A stretch of DNA of 64,000 nucleotides, taken from assembly GCA_028285795.1 (NCBI GenBank), contig JAPYNL010000033.1, forward strand, positions 6,447 through 70,446, read 5' to 3'. Position numbers and translations under genes: made by a program. Each line of letters opens with the position of its first letter. Position 1 is the first letter of the stretch. The notes beneath the pieces were generated by a model. It had not been told where the DNA came from, made no database searches, and saw nothing but the letters and a program-made list of their open reading frames with translations. This stretch comes from Arenicellales bacterium. GTDB lineage: Bacteria; Pseudomonadota; Gammaproteobacteria; Arenicellales; Poriferihabitantaceae. Shown here one piece after another: positions 50,156 through 61,347 of this stretch.

Positions 50156-50713
50156 TCAAACTTCCATGACTTCATTCTGCTTCTCTTCGACAACGCCTGC
50201 GATCTCCTGAATATAGCGGTCAGTCAGTGTTTGCAGTGCTGATTCCATGCCTTTTTCTTCATCCTGGGTGATTTCCTTTTCCTTGAGCAGCTCTCGAACT
50301 GCATGAATCGCATCACGTCGGATATTCCGGATCGCAATCTTGCCGTTTTCCCCTTCCTGCCGAACTACCCGCGAGAGCTCGACGCGTCTCTCCTCGGTCA
50401 TTGCCGGCAGTGGAATGCGCATGACCTCTCCGGCGGTTATCGGATTCAGTCCAAGGTCCGATTCAAGTATGGCTTTTTCAATGACCTCCAGCATTTGCTT
50501 TTCCCAGGGTTGAACCGTTAGTGTTCTGGCATCGGCAACTGAAACCGTCGCCACCTGGTTGACGGGGACCCGTGATCCATAATAGCTTACGCTCAGGTGA
50601 TCCAACAGTGCCGTACTGGCACGCCCAGTGCGAATGCGAGCCATACTGTCACGGGTTGAAGCTACCGTTTTCTGCATTCTTTGCTCAGCGTCTTTCTTGA
50701 TATCTTCAATCAT
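50156..50713 (-). CDS. frr: Ribosome recycling factor
   Basis: 185 aa. MIEDIKKDAEQRMQKTV...RTGRAS..LLD is a typical Frr sequence. Confidence 0.96.
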   Translation of the reverse strand: MIEDIKKDAEQRMQKTVASTRDSMARIRTGRASTALLDHLSVSYYGSRVPVNQVATVSVADARTLTVQPWEKQMLEVIEKAILESDLGLNPITAGEVMRIPLPAMTEERRVELSRVVRQEGENGKIAIRNIRRDAIHAVRELLKEKEITQDEEKGMESALQTLTDRYIQEIAGVVEEKQNEVMEV

Positions 50714-50778
50714 GCGACATGTGGAATTTTTACGGAGAATGTCAGGGTAAGTATACTATCAATTTCAGAATCCGGCCC

Positions 50779-51669
50779 TTAGCCATGGGCCTGGCTCATC
50801 ACCTCGGCAACGAAATTATCGCTTCTTTTCTCAAGCCCCTCTCCGACCTCGAATCGAACCATCACCTCGACCTGTGCCCCCTCGGATTCGAGATGCTTTC
50901 GCATCGTGATATCCGGGTTCTTTACAAAAGGCTGTTCAAGCAGGGCATTGGCAGAAAGAAACTTGGCAACTTTTCCCTTGACTATTTTTTCAACTGTGGC
51001 AGCTGGCTTGCCCGTCTCTTCCGCTTGTGCCTGATAAATCTTGCGCTCCTTTTCGAGCACATCCTGAGCGACATTCTCGACATCGATGAACAACGGAGCA
51101 CTGGCAGCAATGTGCATGGCAACATCATGCTTCAATTCATCGCTAGCCTGGTTCAACACCGCGATGACGCCGATTTTTGAGCCATGCAGATAGTGACCGG
51201 CCACACTGCCGGATGAAGGCAGAAGCGCAAAACGCCTGACCGAAATATTCTCGCCCACCTTGGTAATCAGGCCCTGCCTGGCTTCTTCAACCGTCACGAA
51301 TCCTGAATCAGCTGGCCCGCCGGCAATATTGAGTGTACCGACATCTGAATCACCGGACGGACAGGCTTCAAGGATCGTGTTTGCGACCTGATTGCCAAAC
51401 TCGATGAAAGAATCATCCTTGGCTACAAAATCGGTTTCACAGTTCACCTCGACCAGTAGCGAGTGAGAGGCGTTCGACCGGCAGAAAATCATCCCCTCTG
51501 CAGCAATTCGTCCGGCATGCTTGGCAGCCACGGCAGCCCCTTTTTTCCGGAGTTCTGCAATGGCCTGATCCATGTCTCCACCGGTCTCTTCCAGAGCTCT
51601 TTTGCAATCCATCATTCCGGCACCCGTCCGTTGACGGAGTTCCTTAATCATTGCGGCTGAAACTGTCAT
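50779..51669 (-). CDS. tsf: Elongation factor Ts
   Basis: MTVSAAMIKELRQRTGAGMMDCKRALEE is the EF-Ts UBA-like N-terminus. This start is preceded by AGGGAGA. The tracked ORF extends to 51753. Confidence 0.96.
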   Translation of the reverse strand: MTVSAAMIKELRQRTGAGMMDCKRALEETGGDMDQAIAELRKKGAAVAAKHAGRIAAEGMIFCRSNASHSLLVEVNCETDFVAKDDSFIEFGNQVANTILEACPSGDSDVGTLNIAGGPADSGFVTVEEARQGLITKVGENISVRRFALLPSSGSVAGHYLHGSKIGVIAVLNQASDELKHDVAMHIAASAPLFIDVENVAQDVLEKERKIYQAQAEETGKPAATVEKIVKGKVAKFLSANALLEQPFVKNPDITMRKHLESEGAQVEVMVRFEVGEGLEKRSDNFVAEVMSQAHG

Positions 51670-51766
51670 GATTTGAAATTCTCCCTTAAAACTTATGAAT
51701 ATGACGATGAGTACATCGAGCTGGAGCCGGAACGGTTTTTCCGTTCCCCTCATTGTGACTACCCAC

Positions 51767-52951
51767 TCAGGCGAATGGGTCTTCGCTTTCGATCTTCACC
51801 TGTGCCGGTTCAACCGGTCGAGTCAGCATTGATGCGCTTTCCAGCAAAATCTCACGGACTTCCTCAAAACCGGTTTCCAGTTTTCCGGCAATATCTTGGT
51901 GATCCATGCCCGCTTCATGCATGTAGCGGATTGCACCGGCCCGACTGCGGGTACCCGCCTCCACCTCTGCCAGGATTCCCGCGACTTTATCGAGGCTGGG
52001 CAGCGTAGCTTTCGGCGTGGGTGATTCAGGGTTTGACTCTTCGGGAGACCTTGCTGCGGTTTTCGCAGCCTTTCTCCGTACTACTTTCTTTCGGACCACC
52101 TGTACCGATGCAGCATCCTCAACCTGTTCCGGTGCGGATTCGCCGGCCCTGTCCAGGTTGCCGGGCTCTTCCTGAGCTCCGGAATCAAGCACGCCAGAGA
52201 GATCCATAACCTTGCCCGCTTCTTCGACATCAACGAACTGGTCGCCCCCACTCAGTGGATTTGCAAGTTTTCTTGCCTCGTGTGCGTCCTTGATTGCGGT
52301 TGATGCAGCTTCAAGATAAAGGCCGATTGCCTTTGCAGAATCATCGTTACCCGGAATGACATAATCGATATTTTCAGGGGTGCAGTTGGTATCCACGACT
52401 GCGACCACCGGTATCCCCAGTTTCGCCGCTTCCCTGACCGCAATCTTTTCGTACTGAATGTCAATCACAAACAGCACATCGGGCAAGCCATCGAGATTCT
52501 TGATTCCGGACAGAGTCCGATCCAGCTTGACTCTTTCCCGCTCCAAGGACAATATCTCCTTCTTGCTCAGCTTTGCACTCTCGGGGCTTCCCATAAAGAC
52601 CTCGAGTTCTTTCAGCCGTGCGATGGAATTCCTGACTGTCTTGAAATTCGTCAGCATGCCACCCAGCCAGCGATGGTCAACATATGGAGAATCACAGTCC
52701 ATGGCGGCTTGACGGACCTGTTTTCCTGCCTGGCGCTTGGTGCCAACGAACAGAACCCTGCCACCCTGGGACACCACCGAAGCGAGATATTTCGTGGCCC
52801 CCTCCAGCATGGGCAAGGTCTTCTCCAGGTTGATGATGTGGATTTTGTTTCGGCGGCCAAAGATGTAGGGCGCCATGGATGGGGACCAGTACCGAGTCTG
52901 ATGCCCGAAGTGAACACCGGCCTGCAACAGCCGTCGCATATCAATTGTCAT
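51767..52951 (-). CDS. rpsB: 30S ribosomal protein S2 with a C-terminal extension of about 150 aa
   Basis: Residues 1-244 align along their whole length with E. coli S2 (241 aa), for example GVHFGHQTRYW and HRWLGGMLTN. The frame then stays open for a further 150 codons (51770-52219). Confidence 0.93.
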   Translation of the reverse strand: MTIDMRRLLQAGVHFGHQTRYWSPSMAPYIFGRRNKIHIINLEKTLPMLEGATKYLASVVSQGGRVLFVGTKRQAGKQVRQAAMDCDSPYVDHRWLGGMLTNFKTVRNSIARLKELEVFMGSPESAKLSKKEILSLERERVKLDRTLSGIKNLDGLPDVLFVIDIQYEKIAVREAAKLGIPVVAVVDTNCTPENIDYVIPGNDDSAKAIGLYLEAASTAIKDAHEARKLANPLSGGDQFVDVEEAGKVMDLSGVLDSGAQEEPGNLDRAGESAPEQVEDAASVQVVRKKVVRRKAAKTAARSPEESNPESPTPKATLPSLDKVAGILAEVEAGTRSRAGAIRYMHEAGMDHQDIAGKLETGFEEVREILLESASMLTRPVEPAQVKIESEDPFA

Positions 52952-53006
52952 GGATATTCATCCTTATCGTGTATGGGTTGTGACCACCACGGCTACTGCA
53001 TTCCGA

Positions 53007-53029
53007 CTGGCCTGAAACATTCAGGCCAG
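53007..53029 (-). promoter_or_regulatory. Perfect 10-bp hairpin in the putative rpsB 5' leader
   Basis: CTGGCCTGAA-aca-TTCAGGCCAG lies 56-78 nt upstream of the rpsB ATG. An S2-autoregulated structured leader is known upstream of rpsB in gammaproteobacteria, but I have not shown homology here. Confidence 0.3.
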
Positions 53030-53492
53030 CACCCGGGAAGGCATAATCACCGTGTGCGAATTTTTTCCGGATCTGGTGCAGGCCTGCCGTTAACAGACTA
53101 ACCGGCACCGACCCGGTTTCAGGAGCGGGGAATTATACCGGAAATCGAATTCTGAAAACAGGATAGTTTCCGCTTCTGGCTGGAGAATTTTTTCCGTGCA
53201 GCGTTTTCCCGATTTTCAGTAACGGCAAGTGAAAAATTCATGGATAGCCATGGCCATCATTACCCTGATGAACTTGTTCATGAATTGCCGTCACTCAAGA
53301 TGCTTGCCGCACCACCCCACCAGACCGAGCGATCCATTCCGTTCATTTACCTCAAAAAAAACTGCGATCGATTCTGTCTGTCCGAGCAAATGTATCGGTC
53401 GCTTGACCGGCTGCGGCGATGTCATTTCAAGGTTCATTATTGGCCCGCATATTCTTATAATTGCCTCCTGCAATAATGGAAACAGTTCACAA

Positions 53493-54245
53493 ATGGCCGT
53501 CTCAATCAAAACCCCGGAGGAAATCCAGAAAATGCGCGTTGCCGGACAATTGGCAGCCCAGGTTCTTGAGATGATCGAACCTCAGGTCAAGCCCGGTGTA
53601 ACCACAGATACTCTAAACAACCTGTGTCATGACTACATTGTCAATACACAAAAGGCAATCCCTGCCCCACTGAATTACAAGGGGTTCCCGAAATCCATCT
53701 GCACTTCGGTCAACCATGTCGTCTGTCACGGCATACCGGGTGATAAAGTACTCAAGTCCGGGGACATCATCAATGTCGACATCACCGTCATCAAGGACGG
53801 CTATCATGGAGATACCAGCCGCATGTTTTTTGTCGGCGAGCCTTCGATTCGGGCACGTCGTCTCTGTGAAGTCAGCCATGAAAGCATGTGCCGGGGGATC
53901 AGGGTGGTTCGCCCCGGTGCCCGGCTTGGCGATATCGGGCACGCTATCCAGAAGTATGTCGAGTCCAACGGATTTTCCGTGGTTCGGGAATACTGTGGAC
54001 ATGGGATCGGCCGGGGCTTTCATGAAGACCCTCAGATCCTGCATTACGGCACCCCGAATACCGGCATGGAAATTCAAGAAGGCATGACATTCACCATTGA
54101 ACCGATGGTCAACGTCGGCAAAAAGGAAACCCGACTAATGGCGGATGGCTGGACGGTAATCACCCGGGATAAAACGCTGTCTGCACAATGGGAGCACACC
54201 ATCCTGGTGACTGCCGAAGGTTCTCAAATTCTGACGCAGCCGTGA
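53493..54245 (+). CDS. map: Type I methionine aminopeptidase
   Basis: MAVSIKTPEEIQKMRVAG is the standard Map N-terminus, and the metal-ligand residues are present. The tracked ORF starts upstream at 53229, but that stretch is not protein-like. Confidence 0.94.
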   Translation: MAVSIKTPEEIQKMRVAGQLAAQVLEMIEPQVKPGVTTDTLNNLCHDYIVNTQKAIPAPLNYKGFPKSICTSVNHVVCHGIPGDKVLKSGDIINVDITVIKDGYHGDTSRMFFVGEPSIRARRLCEVSHESMCRGIRVVRPGARLGDIGHAIQKYVESNGFSVVREYCGHGIGRGFHEDPQILHYGTPNTGMEIQEGMTFTIEPMVNVGKKETRLMADGWTVITRDKTLSAQWEHTILVTAEGSQILTQP

Positions 54246-56890
54246 ATCGTCTCAGCCACTCCGAAATTTTTGATGAGGCAAGGCTAGACGAAGTCACGGC
54301 CGATTCTGCGGATGGCGTAGAGGCTTTCAGCAACCTCATCTACCGAGGCCACAATGTGCTGTCGGAATACCACCTTGCAGGTGGTCGTTCGGATATCCTG
54401 AGCAAACAGCGAGTCTGGATGACCGACAGGATTCTGATCAGGGCATGGGAGCAATCCCTAAACGGGTTCGACTGCACGGACAGTCCATCATTAATTGCAG
54501 TCGGCGGCTATGGAAGGGGAGAATTGAATCTCGCATCGGACATTGACCTGTTGTTTCTCTTGCCCGGGAAAACCAGGGGTTCGCACAAACAGCACATAGA
54601 AAAATTTGTGCAGCTGTGCTGGGATATCGGGATCAAAATTGGACACAGTGCGAGAACTTTCGCTGATTGCGTGAAACTCAGCAGACAGGACCTGACAATT
54701 GCCACGTCAATGATGGAAATGCGATTGCTGGTGGGGGACCCGAAATCCTTCGATCAGGTCAGCGCACGAATCAGGCGAAAAGATATCTGGCCCCCGGAGA
54801 AGTTTTTTCAGGCCAAAATGGAAGAACAATGGGCAAGGCACCTTCGCTATGGCGAAACACAGTTCAATCTGGAGCCAAATCTCAAGGAGAGTCCCGGAGG
54901 TCTGCGTGACCTGCACATGATCAGCTGGATCACCAATCGATACTTCGGCACACGACATATTGAGGACCTGGTGGAACATTCCTTCATCACCGAACCCGAA
55001 TACCGCACCCTGATTAACTCCCGGAACTTCCTCTGGAAGCTTCGAAATGGGCTGCATGTACTCGCTGATCGCTGTGAAGACCGATTGCTGTTCGACTTAC
55101 AGCGTGATCTGTCAAGTCAGCTTGGATACCGCGATGACTCAACCCGAATGGGCGTTGAGAAGCTGATGCAACAGTACTACAGAACTGTCAAGGAGATCCA
55201 GATACTCAACGAGACCGTGCTGCAGCACTTTGATGAAGTTCTTCGGAACAGGAAACCACCGGTTATCCGTAAAATCAATCAACGGTTCAACCGGGTAGGC
55301 AAGCTTCTGCAAATTTCCAGTCAAGCAGTCTTCGAGCACCACCCCAGCACACTGCTGGAACTGTTTCATGTCATGCAGCGCAATCCGGAGCTAACCGGGG
55401 TGGAAGCGGCTACAGTCCGCAAACTAAGAAGCAGTCTGCACCTGATTGACGGCAACTTCAGAAAAGACCCGGGGAATCGTCGTCTTTTCCTTGAGATATT
55501 CAAACACCCATTGGGATTAACGCATTCCTTGAGGCGCATGAATACCTATGGGGTACTCGGCCGATTCTTTCCTGAATGGGGGAAAATAGTCGGCCAGATG
55601 CAGCATGACCTGTTTCACATCTATACGGTCGATACCCATTCACTATTCGTGGTCCGGAATCTCAGACGGCTAATGGTTGACAAGCACCGGCATGAGTTTC
55701 CAATTCTCTCGGACATCATCAGCAAGCTCAATCAACGCGAGCGGCTGTTTCTGGCTGCCCTGTGTCATGATATTGGCAAGGGTAGCGGCAGGGACCATTC
55801 GGAAGTAGGGGAAAAAATAGCCCTCTCTCTGTGTCGAAGGCTGGGTATGGATGAATACGATTCAGGCTTCGTTGGCTGGCTGGTTCGACATCACCTGCTG
55901 ATGTCTTTCACTGCCCAGAAAGAAGATACATCAGACCCACGGGTTGTTGAACGTTTTGCCGAACAAATGGGCGATCAGGAGCATCTTGACAATCTTTATC
56001 TGCTCACTGTAGCGGATATACGCGGAACCAGCCATACCCTCTGGAACGAATGGAAAGGACGTCTGCTGAGCAATCTCTACCTGGCCACGTCACGATTATT
56101 TCGAACCGGGATCAATTCCACCAGGGCGATCGAACAGCGCGTGGAGCAAAGAAAGCAGGCAATTCGCAAACTGGTCGATCCTGAAATAGACACTCCGCGC
56201 CTGAACAAGTTCTGGGCACAGATGGACCAGGAGTATTTCTTGCGCAATGCCCCGATCACTTCGGCATGGCAAGCTGAACAAATCTGCAATGCTTCGCTGT
56301 CGGACCTGCCCTTGGTGGCCGTTCGCCATCGCCCTGAAATTGCCGCAGAGCAAATTCTCATAGTCACTCCCGAGTTTGAAGATCAACTGGTTCGAGCGAC
56401 TGCGGCTCTCGACAGCATGCGTTTGAGGATTCTCGATGCACGCATGCATCACACCAACTCTGGTCTCAGCATCATGATCTTCATTGCCACCAATACGGAT
56501 CCCGGCCCGATAACCGATCAGCTTACTGACCGGCGACGCAACAGAATACGGCAATTCATGTTATCGCCCGTGAATGGCTACAGTCCCGTTGCACTGAATC
56601 TGCCCAGAGTCGTAAAGCAGTTCAATGTACGAACCAGCGTGTCGTTTGAAGACAATAACGATTTAGGCCACACTACCATGGAGGTCACGTCGCAGGATCG
56701 CCCCAGTCTCCTTTACAATGTGTCCCGTGCCCTTTTTGAGCACAAGGTTCGCTTGCTTTCTGCTAAAGTTTCAACGCTTGGAGAAAAAGCCGAAGATACT
56801 TTTTTCATCACCGATCGAGATGGACTTCCCATGTCTGACCCAAGACAGAGATCGTTTCTCGAATCACGAATCAAATCCTTGTTGAATTAG
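54242..56890 (+). CDS. glnD: [Protein-PII] uridylyltransferase/uridylyl-removing enzyme GlnD
   Basis: It has the nucleotidyltransferase motif GGYGRGELNLASDIDLLFL, the HD domain (HDIGKG) and two C-terminal ACT domains. The GTG start at 54242 overlaps the map stop (GTGA). The tracked ATG is at 54188. Confidence 0.93.
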   Translation: MNRLSHSEIFDEARLDEVTADSADGVEAFSNLIYRGHNVLSEYHLAGGRSDILSKQRVWMTDRILIRAWEQSLNGFDCTDSPSLIAVGGYGRGELNLASDIDLLFLLPGKTRGSHKQHIEKFVQLCWDIGIKIGHSARTFADCVKLSRQDLTIATSMMEMRLLVGDPKSFDQVSARIRRKDIWPPEKFFQAKMEEQWARHLRYGETQFNLEPNLKESPGGLRDLHMISWITNRYFGTRHIEDLVEHSFITEPEYRTLINSRNFLWKLRNGLHVLADRCEDRLLFDLQRDLSSQLGYRDDSTRMGVEKLMQQYYRTVKEIQILNETVLQHFDEVLRNRKPPVIRKINQRFNRVGKLLQISSQAVFEHHPSTLLELFHVMQRNPELTGVEAATVRKLRSSLHLIDGNFRKDPGNRRLFLEIFKHPLGLTHSLRRMNTYGVLGRFFPEWGKIVGQMQHDLFHIYTVDTHSLFVVRNLRRLMVDKHRHEFPILSDIISKLNQRERLFLAALCHDIGKGSGRDHSEVGEKIALSLCRRLGMDEYDSGFVGWLVRHHLLMSFTAQKEDTSDPRVVERFAEQMGDQEHLDNLYLLTVADIRGTSHTLWNEWKGRLLSNLYLATSRLFRTGINSTRAIEQRVEQRKQAIRKLVDPEIDTPRLNKFWAQMDQEYFLRNAPITSAWQAEQICNASLSDLPLVAVRHRPEIAAEQILIVTPEFEDQLVRATAALDSMRLRILDARMHHTNSGLSIMIFIATNTDPGPITDQLTDRRRNRIRQFMLSPVNGYSPVALNLPRVVKQFNVRTSVSFEDNNDLGHTTMEVTSQDRPSLLYNVSRALFEHKVRLLSAKVSTLGEKAEDTFFITDRDGLPMSDPRQRSFLESRIKSLLN

Positions 56891-57925
56891 ATGGACGACA
56901 ACAAATTCCTTGCAGTCAGCCAGTTTCTGGCCGATTCAGGGTATTCGGGCTGCAAACTCACAAGCCTCGTTCCGGATGCGTCCTTTCGTCAGTATCACCG
57001 CATGGAACATGAAGGGTTCAGGGCCATGTTGCTCGAAGCCCCGCCAGACAGGGAAAACCTGGAAGCTTTCATCTTTGTCAGTGCCCACTTGCAGAAACTG
57101 GGGATTCGATGTCCGAAAATCCTGAACCATGACTTGTGCAGGGGATTTGCCCTGATCGAAGATTTGGGTGACCAGACCTTTACGCGGCTCTTGGACAAAG
57201 GGGCTGATGAAACGTCCATGTACTCGCAAGCGGTTCATGTACTGGCTGATTTACACAACCATCCCGGGGCTTGTGACATTAAACTTCCCTACTATGACTG
57301 GGAACACTTCATTCGCGAGGCACTGCTGTTTGTGGATTGGTATCTGCCATTGGCCGCAGGCGGAGCCGTTTCTGAATTGGCCAGGGAAACGTTTATCGAA
57401 AGCTGGCTTGATGTCTATGGCGAACTGCTGCCACTGGAAGACAGTCTTGTGCTTCGTGACTACCACGTTGACAATCTGATGCAGGTCGAAAATGAATGTG
57501 CAGTACTGGATTATCAGGATGCGCTGATCGGATCCTGTGCCTATGACTTTATTTCCCTACTGCAGGATGCCCGCCGGGATATATCCGATAAGCTGTTCCA
57601 GAACATGGTCGAATTATACTGGTCTCTAAGAGACGAGAAGGTTGACCGCTTTAACTTCCTGCAACACTGCTCCATATTTGGTGCTGCACGACATATGAAA
57701 ATTGCCGGAATCTTCACTCGTCTTTGGGTCAGAGACAACAAACCGGCCTACCTGAGGCATATGCCACGCGTTATCAACTACATTGCAGGATGTTTCGAGT
57801 ACCCCGTGCTGAAGCCGCTCAAGAAGTGGTTTTTCAGCCTGAATGTCGAACTGCTCCCGATTGATCAAGGTCTGAGCCGGGAACAGATACTGAAAATGTA
57901 CAATGACCGCCAGCATCGCAAGTGA
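56891..57925 (+). CDS. Aminoglycoside-phosphotransferase-fold kinase, AmgK (MurNAc/GlcNAc anomeric kinase)-like
   Basis: 344 aa. DASFRQYHR, LLEAPP, GFALIEDLGD and RDYHVDNLM parallel AmgK-type kinases. The ATG directly abuts the glnD TAG. No murU partner is adjacent. Confidence 0.65.
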   Translation: MDDNKFLAVSQFLADSGYSGCKLTSLVPDASFRQYHRMEHEGFRAMLLEAPPDRENLEAFIFVSAHLQKLGIRCPKILNHDLCRGFALIEDLGDQTFTRLLDKGADETSMYSQAVHVLADLHNHPGACDIKLPYYDWEHFIREALLFVDWYLPLAAGGAVSELARETFIESWLDVYGELLPLEDSLVLRDYHVDNLMQVENECAVLDYQDALIGSCAYDFISLLQDARRDISDKLFQNMVELYWSLRDEKVDRFNFLQHCSIFGAARHMKIAGIFTRLWVRDNKPAYLRHMPRVINYIAGCFEYPVLKPLKKWFFSLNVELLPIDQGLSREQILKMYNDRQHRK

Positions 57926-57978
57926 AACAGTCGACCTGAATTCACAACCCGTTCATTTACCTGAGTTTGACTCCTGCC

Positions 57979-58407
57979 ATGAGTGACACCCATTACCGAC
58001 ACCGTAAATTCAATACCAAAGACACCTATCCCGACCAGAAACTCGATAACGATCTGTGTCAGGTGGTTTGCGCAAGAGGCACCCTGGTTTTCGTGCGTGG
58101 CCAGGTCGGGCAGAATATTGATGATTTCAAGAGCATGGCAGGTGAAAACGCCTATGCACAGGCTGATCAGGCAATGAGGAACATCAGTCAGCTGCTCGAA
58201 GAAGTGGGCGCAAGGCTCGAGCACATTTGCAGGATCCAGGTCTATATTACCGATCGCAAGTATCGAAATGATGTCTATCAGGCGATTGGAAAGTGGCTAC
58301 AGGGCGTTTACCCGGTATCGACCGGATTAATTGTCAAGGGCCTGGCCAGACCAGAGTGGGTAATGGAAATTGAAGCGACCGCCGTGATACCCGAATCTGA
58401 ACCGTAA
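57979..58407 (+). CDS. RidA/YjgF/L-PSP family protein
   Basis: About 142 aa. VFVRGQVG...YITD...EIEATAV follows the RidA-family pattern. I chose the ATG at 57979. The tracked ORF starts at a TTG at 57967. Confidence 0.75.
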   Translation: MSDTHYRHRKFNTKDTYPDQKLDNDLCQVVCARGTLVFVRGQVGQNIDDFKSMAGENAYAQADQAMRNISQLLEEVGARLEHICRIQVYITDRKYRNDVYQAIGKWLQGVYPVSTGLIVKGLARPEWVMEIEATAVIPESEP

Positions 58408-58415
58408 ACCCTCGT

Positions 58416-59447
58416 CTATAGTGGTTTCATATCCAGGATACTGAATCGCTCCGGAGTGCCTTCAAGCAATTTCTTCTCCCAGTCAATTGCAGATTTACAA
58501 ATCGTTTCAAGATTATTGTACCTGGGCACCCATTCCATGAGATTCCGGATTTTGTCCGTGTTGGCAATCAGATGGGGCGGATCGCCAGGGCGTCGTGCCC
58601 TGATGTTGACAGGAAAATCACGGCCGCTTACAGATTTGACGCAGTCAATCACTTCCTTGACGCTAAAGCCGCTCCCGTATCCGCAATTGAGCGTGATGCT
58701 TTGATTCTGGCTTTCGATGTAGTCCAACGCCTGCAGATGAGCATCGGCAAGATCATCGACGTGAATATAGTCTCGAACACATGTGCCATCCGGCGTGTCA
58801 TAATCATCACCGAAGATGGATAGATCAGGTCGGATGCCGCATGCCGCTTCTGCAGCCACCTTGATCAGGTGTGTCGCATTTGTCGTTGATTGCCCCAGTC
58901 TACCCTGCATACTCGCTCCGGCAACATTGAAGTATCGCAAGGCAGCATATCTAAATTTTCCATTCGTGGATTTCGCAAAATCATCAAGCATCCACTCCGC
59001 CATCAACTTGCTCCTGCCATAGGGATTGATGGGCGACAGTTTATCCGTTTCATGAACCTGTCTTGAATCTGGAATGCCGTAGACAGCCGCGCTTGAAGAG
59101 AATACGAACCGATCAATCTGGCGATCAATGCAAGATTCGATCAGATCCAGGGATCCGAGTACATTGTTGTGAAAGTACTTGGATGGGTTTTGGACAGATT
59201 CGGGGACTACGACATGCCCGGCGAAATGCATTACCGAATCGATCTGATGCTCGATCATTGCCCTGGACATCCCTTCACGATCATGGATGTCCAGGTGCAA
59301 GAACGCAGCCTCTTTGGGAATGGCCCAGCTATGACCGGAGTATAGATTGTCAACCACGCAGACATGGCACCCTGCCTGAAGCAATTTCGAGACGGTGTGT
59401 GATCCGACATATCCGGCCCCACCGGTGACCATCACTCGGTTATTCAT
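58416..59447 (-). CDS. galE: UDP-glucose 4-epimerase
   Basis: 343 aa with the Rossmann motif VTGGAGYVGSH and the YxxxK active site (YGRSK). Confidence 0.9.
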   Translation of the reverse strand: MNNRVMVTGGAGYVGSHTVSKLLQAGCHVCVVDNLYSGHSWAIPKEAAFLHLDIHDREGMSRAMIEHQIDSVMHFAGHVVVPESVQNPSKYFHNNVLGSLDLIESCIDRQIDRFVFSSSAAVYGIPDSRQVHETDKLSPINPYGRSKLMAEWMLDDFAKSTNGKFRYAALRYFNVAGASMQGRLGQSTTNATHLIKVAAEAACGIRPDLSIFGDDYDTPDGTCVRDYIHVDDLADAHLQALDYIESQNQSITLNCGYGSGFSVKEVIDCVKSVSGRDFPVNIRARRPGDPPHLIANTDKIRNLMEWVPRYNNLETICKSAIDWEKKLLEGTPERFSILDMKPL

Positions 59448-59620
59448 AGATAATGCGATTGCAGGTTCCCGGGTTTCCCTTGCTGACAGGATTTCGACAG
59501 TCCTATCAGCAAATACCCTGTTCAGGCATCTTCAGTTTTCCCTTCTTCCGATCGGCAGCAAGTCCACGGCATGTGAAGTGTCCAGACTCACCCTCGACAT
59601 GCCATGTCCGGTTCAACCCG

Positions 59621-59648
59621 AAAAAAGGCCCCTTCCGGGGCCTTTTTT
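59621..59648 (-). terminator. Rho-independent (symmetric, bidirectional-type) terminator after groEL
   Basis: AAAAAA-GGCCCC-ttcc-GGGGCC-TTTTTT lies 21 nt downstream of the groEL stop. Confidence 0.85.
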
Positions 59649-59668
59649 ACTGCAAACCATGGGGATGT

Positions 59669-61324
<1,656 letters not shown>

Positions 61325-61347
61325 TTATGTAATTCTGAATTAACTGG

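Noticed and set aside
53229-53492. N-terminal extensions of tracked ORFs: map from 53229, tsf to 51753, skp to 43511, groES to 61683, fxsA to 62518, pccB to 8110 and vapC to 11093.
   Set aside because: In each case an internal Met reproduces the canonical family N-terminus, often with a good SD. The upstream stretch is not protein-like or overlaps the neighbouring gene.
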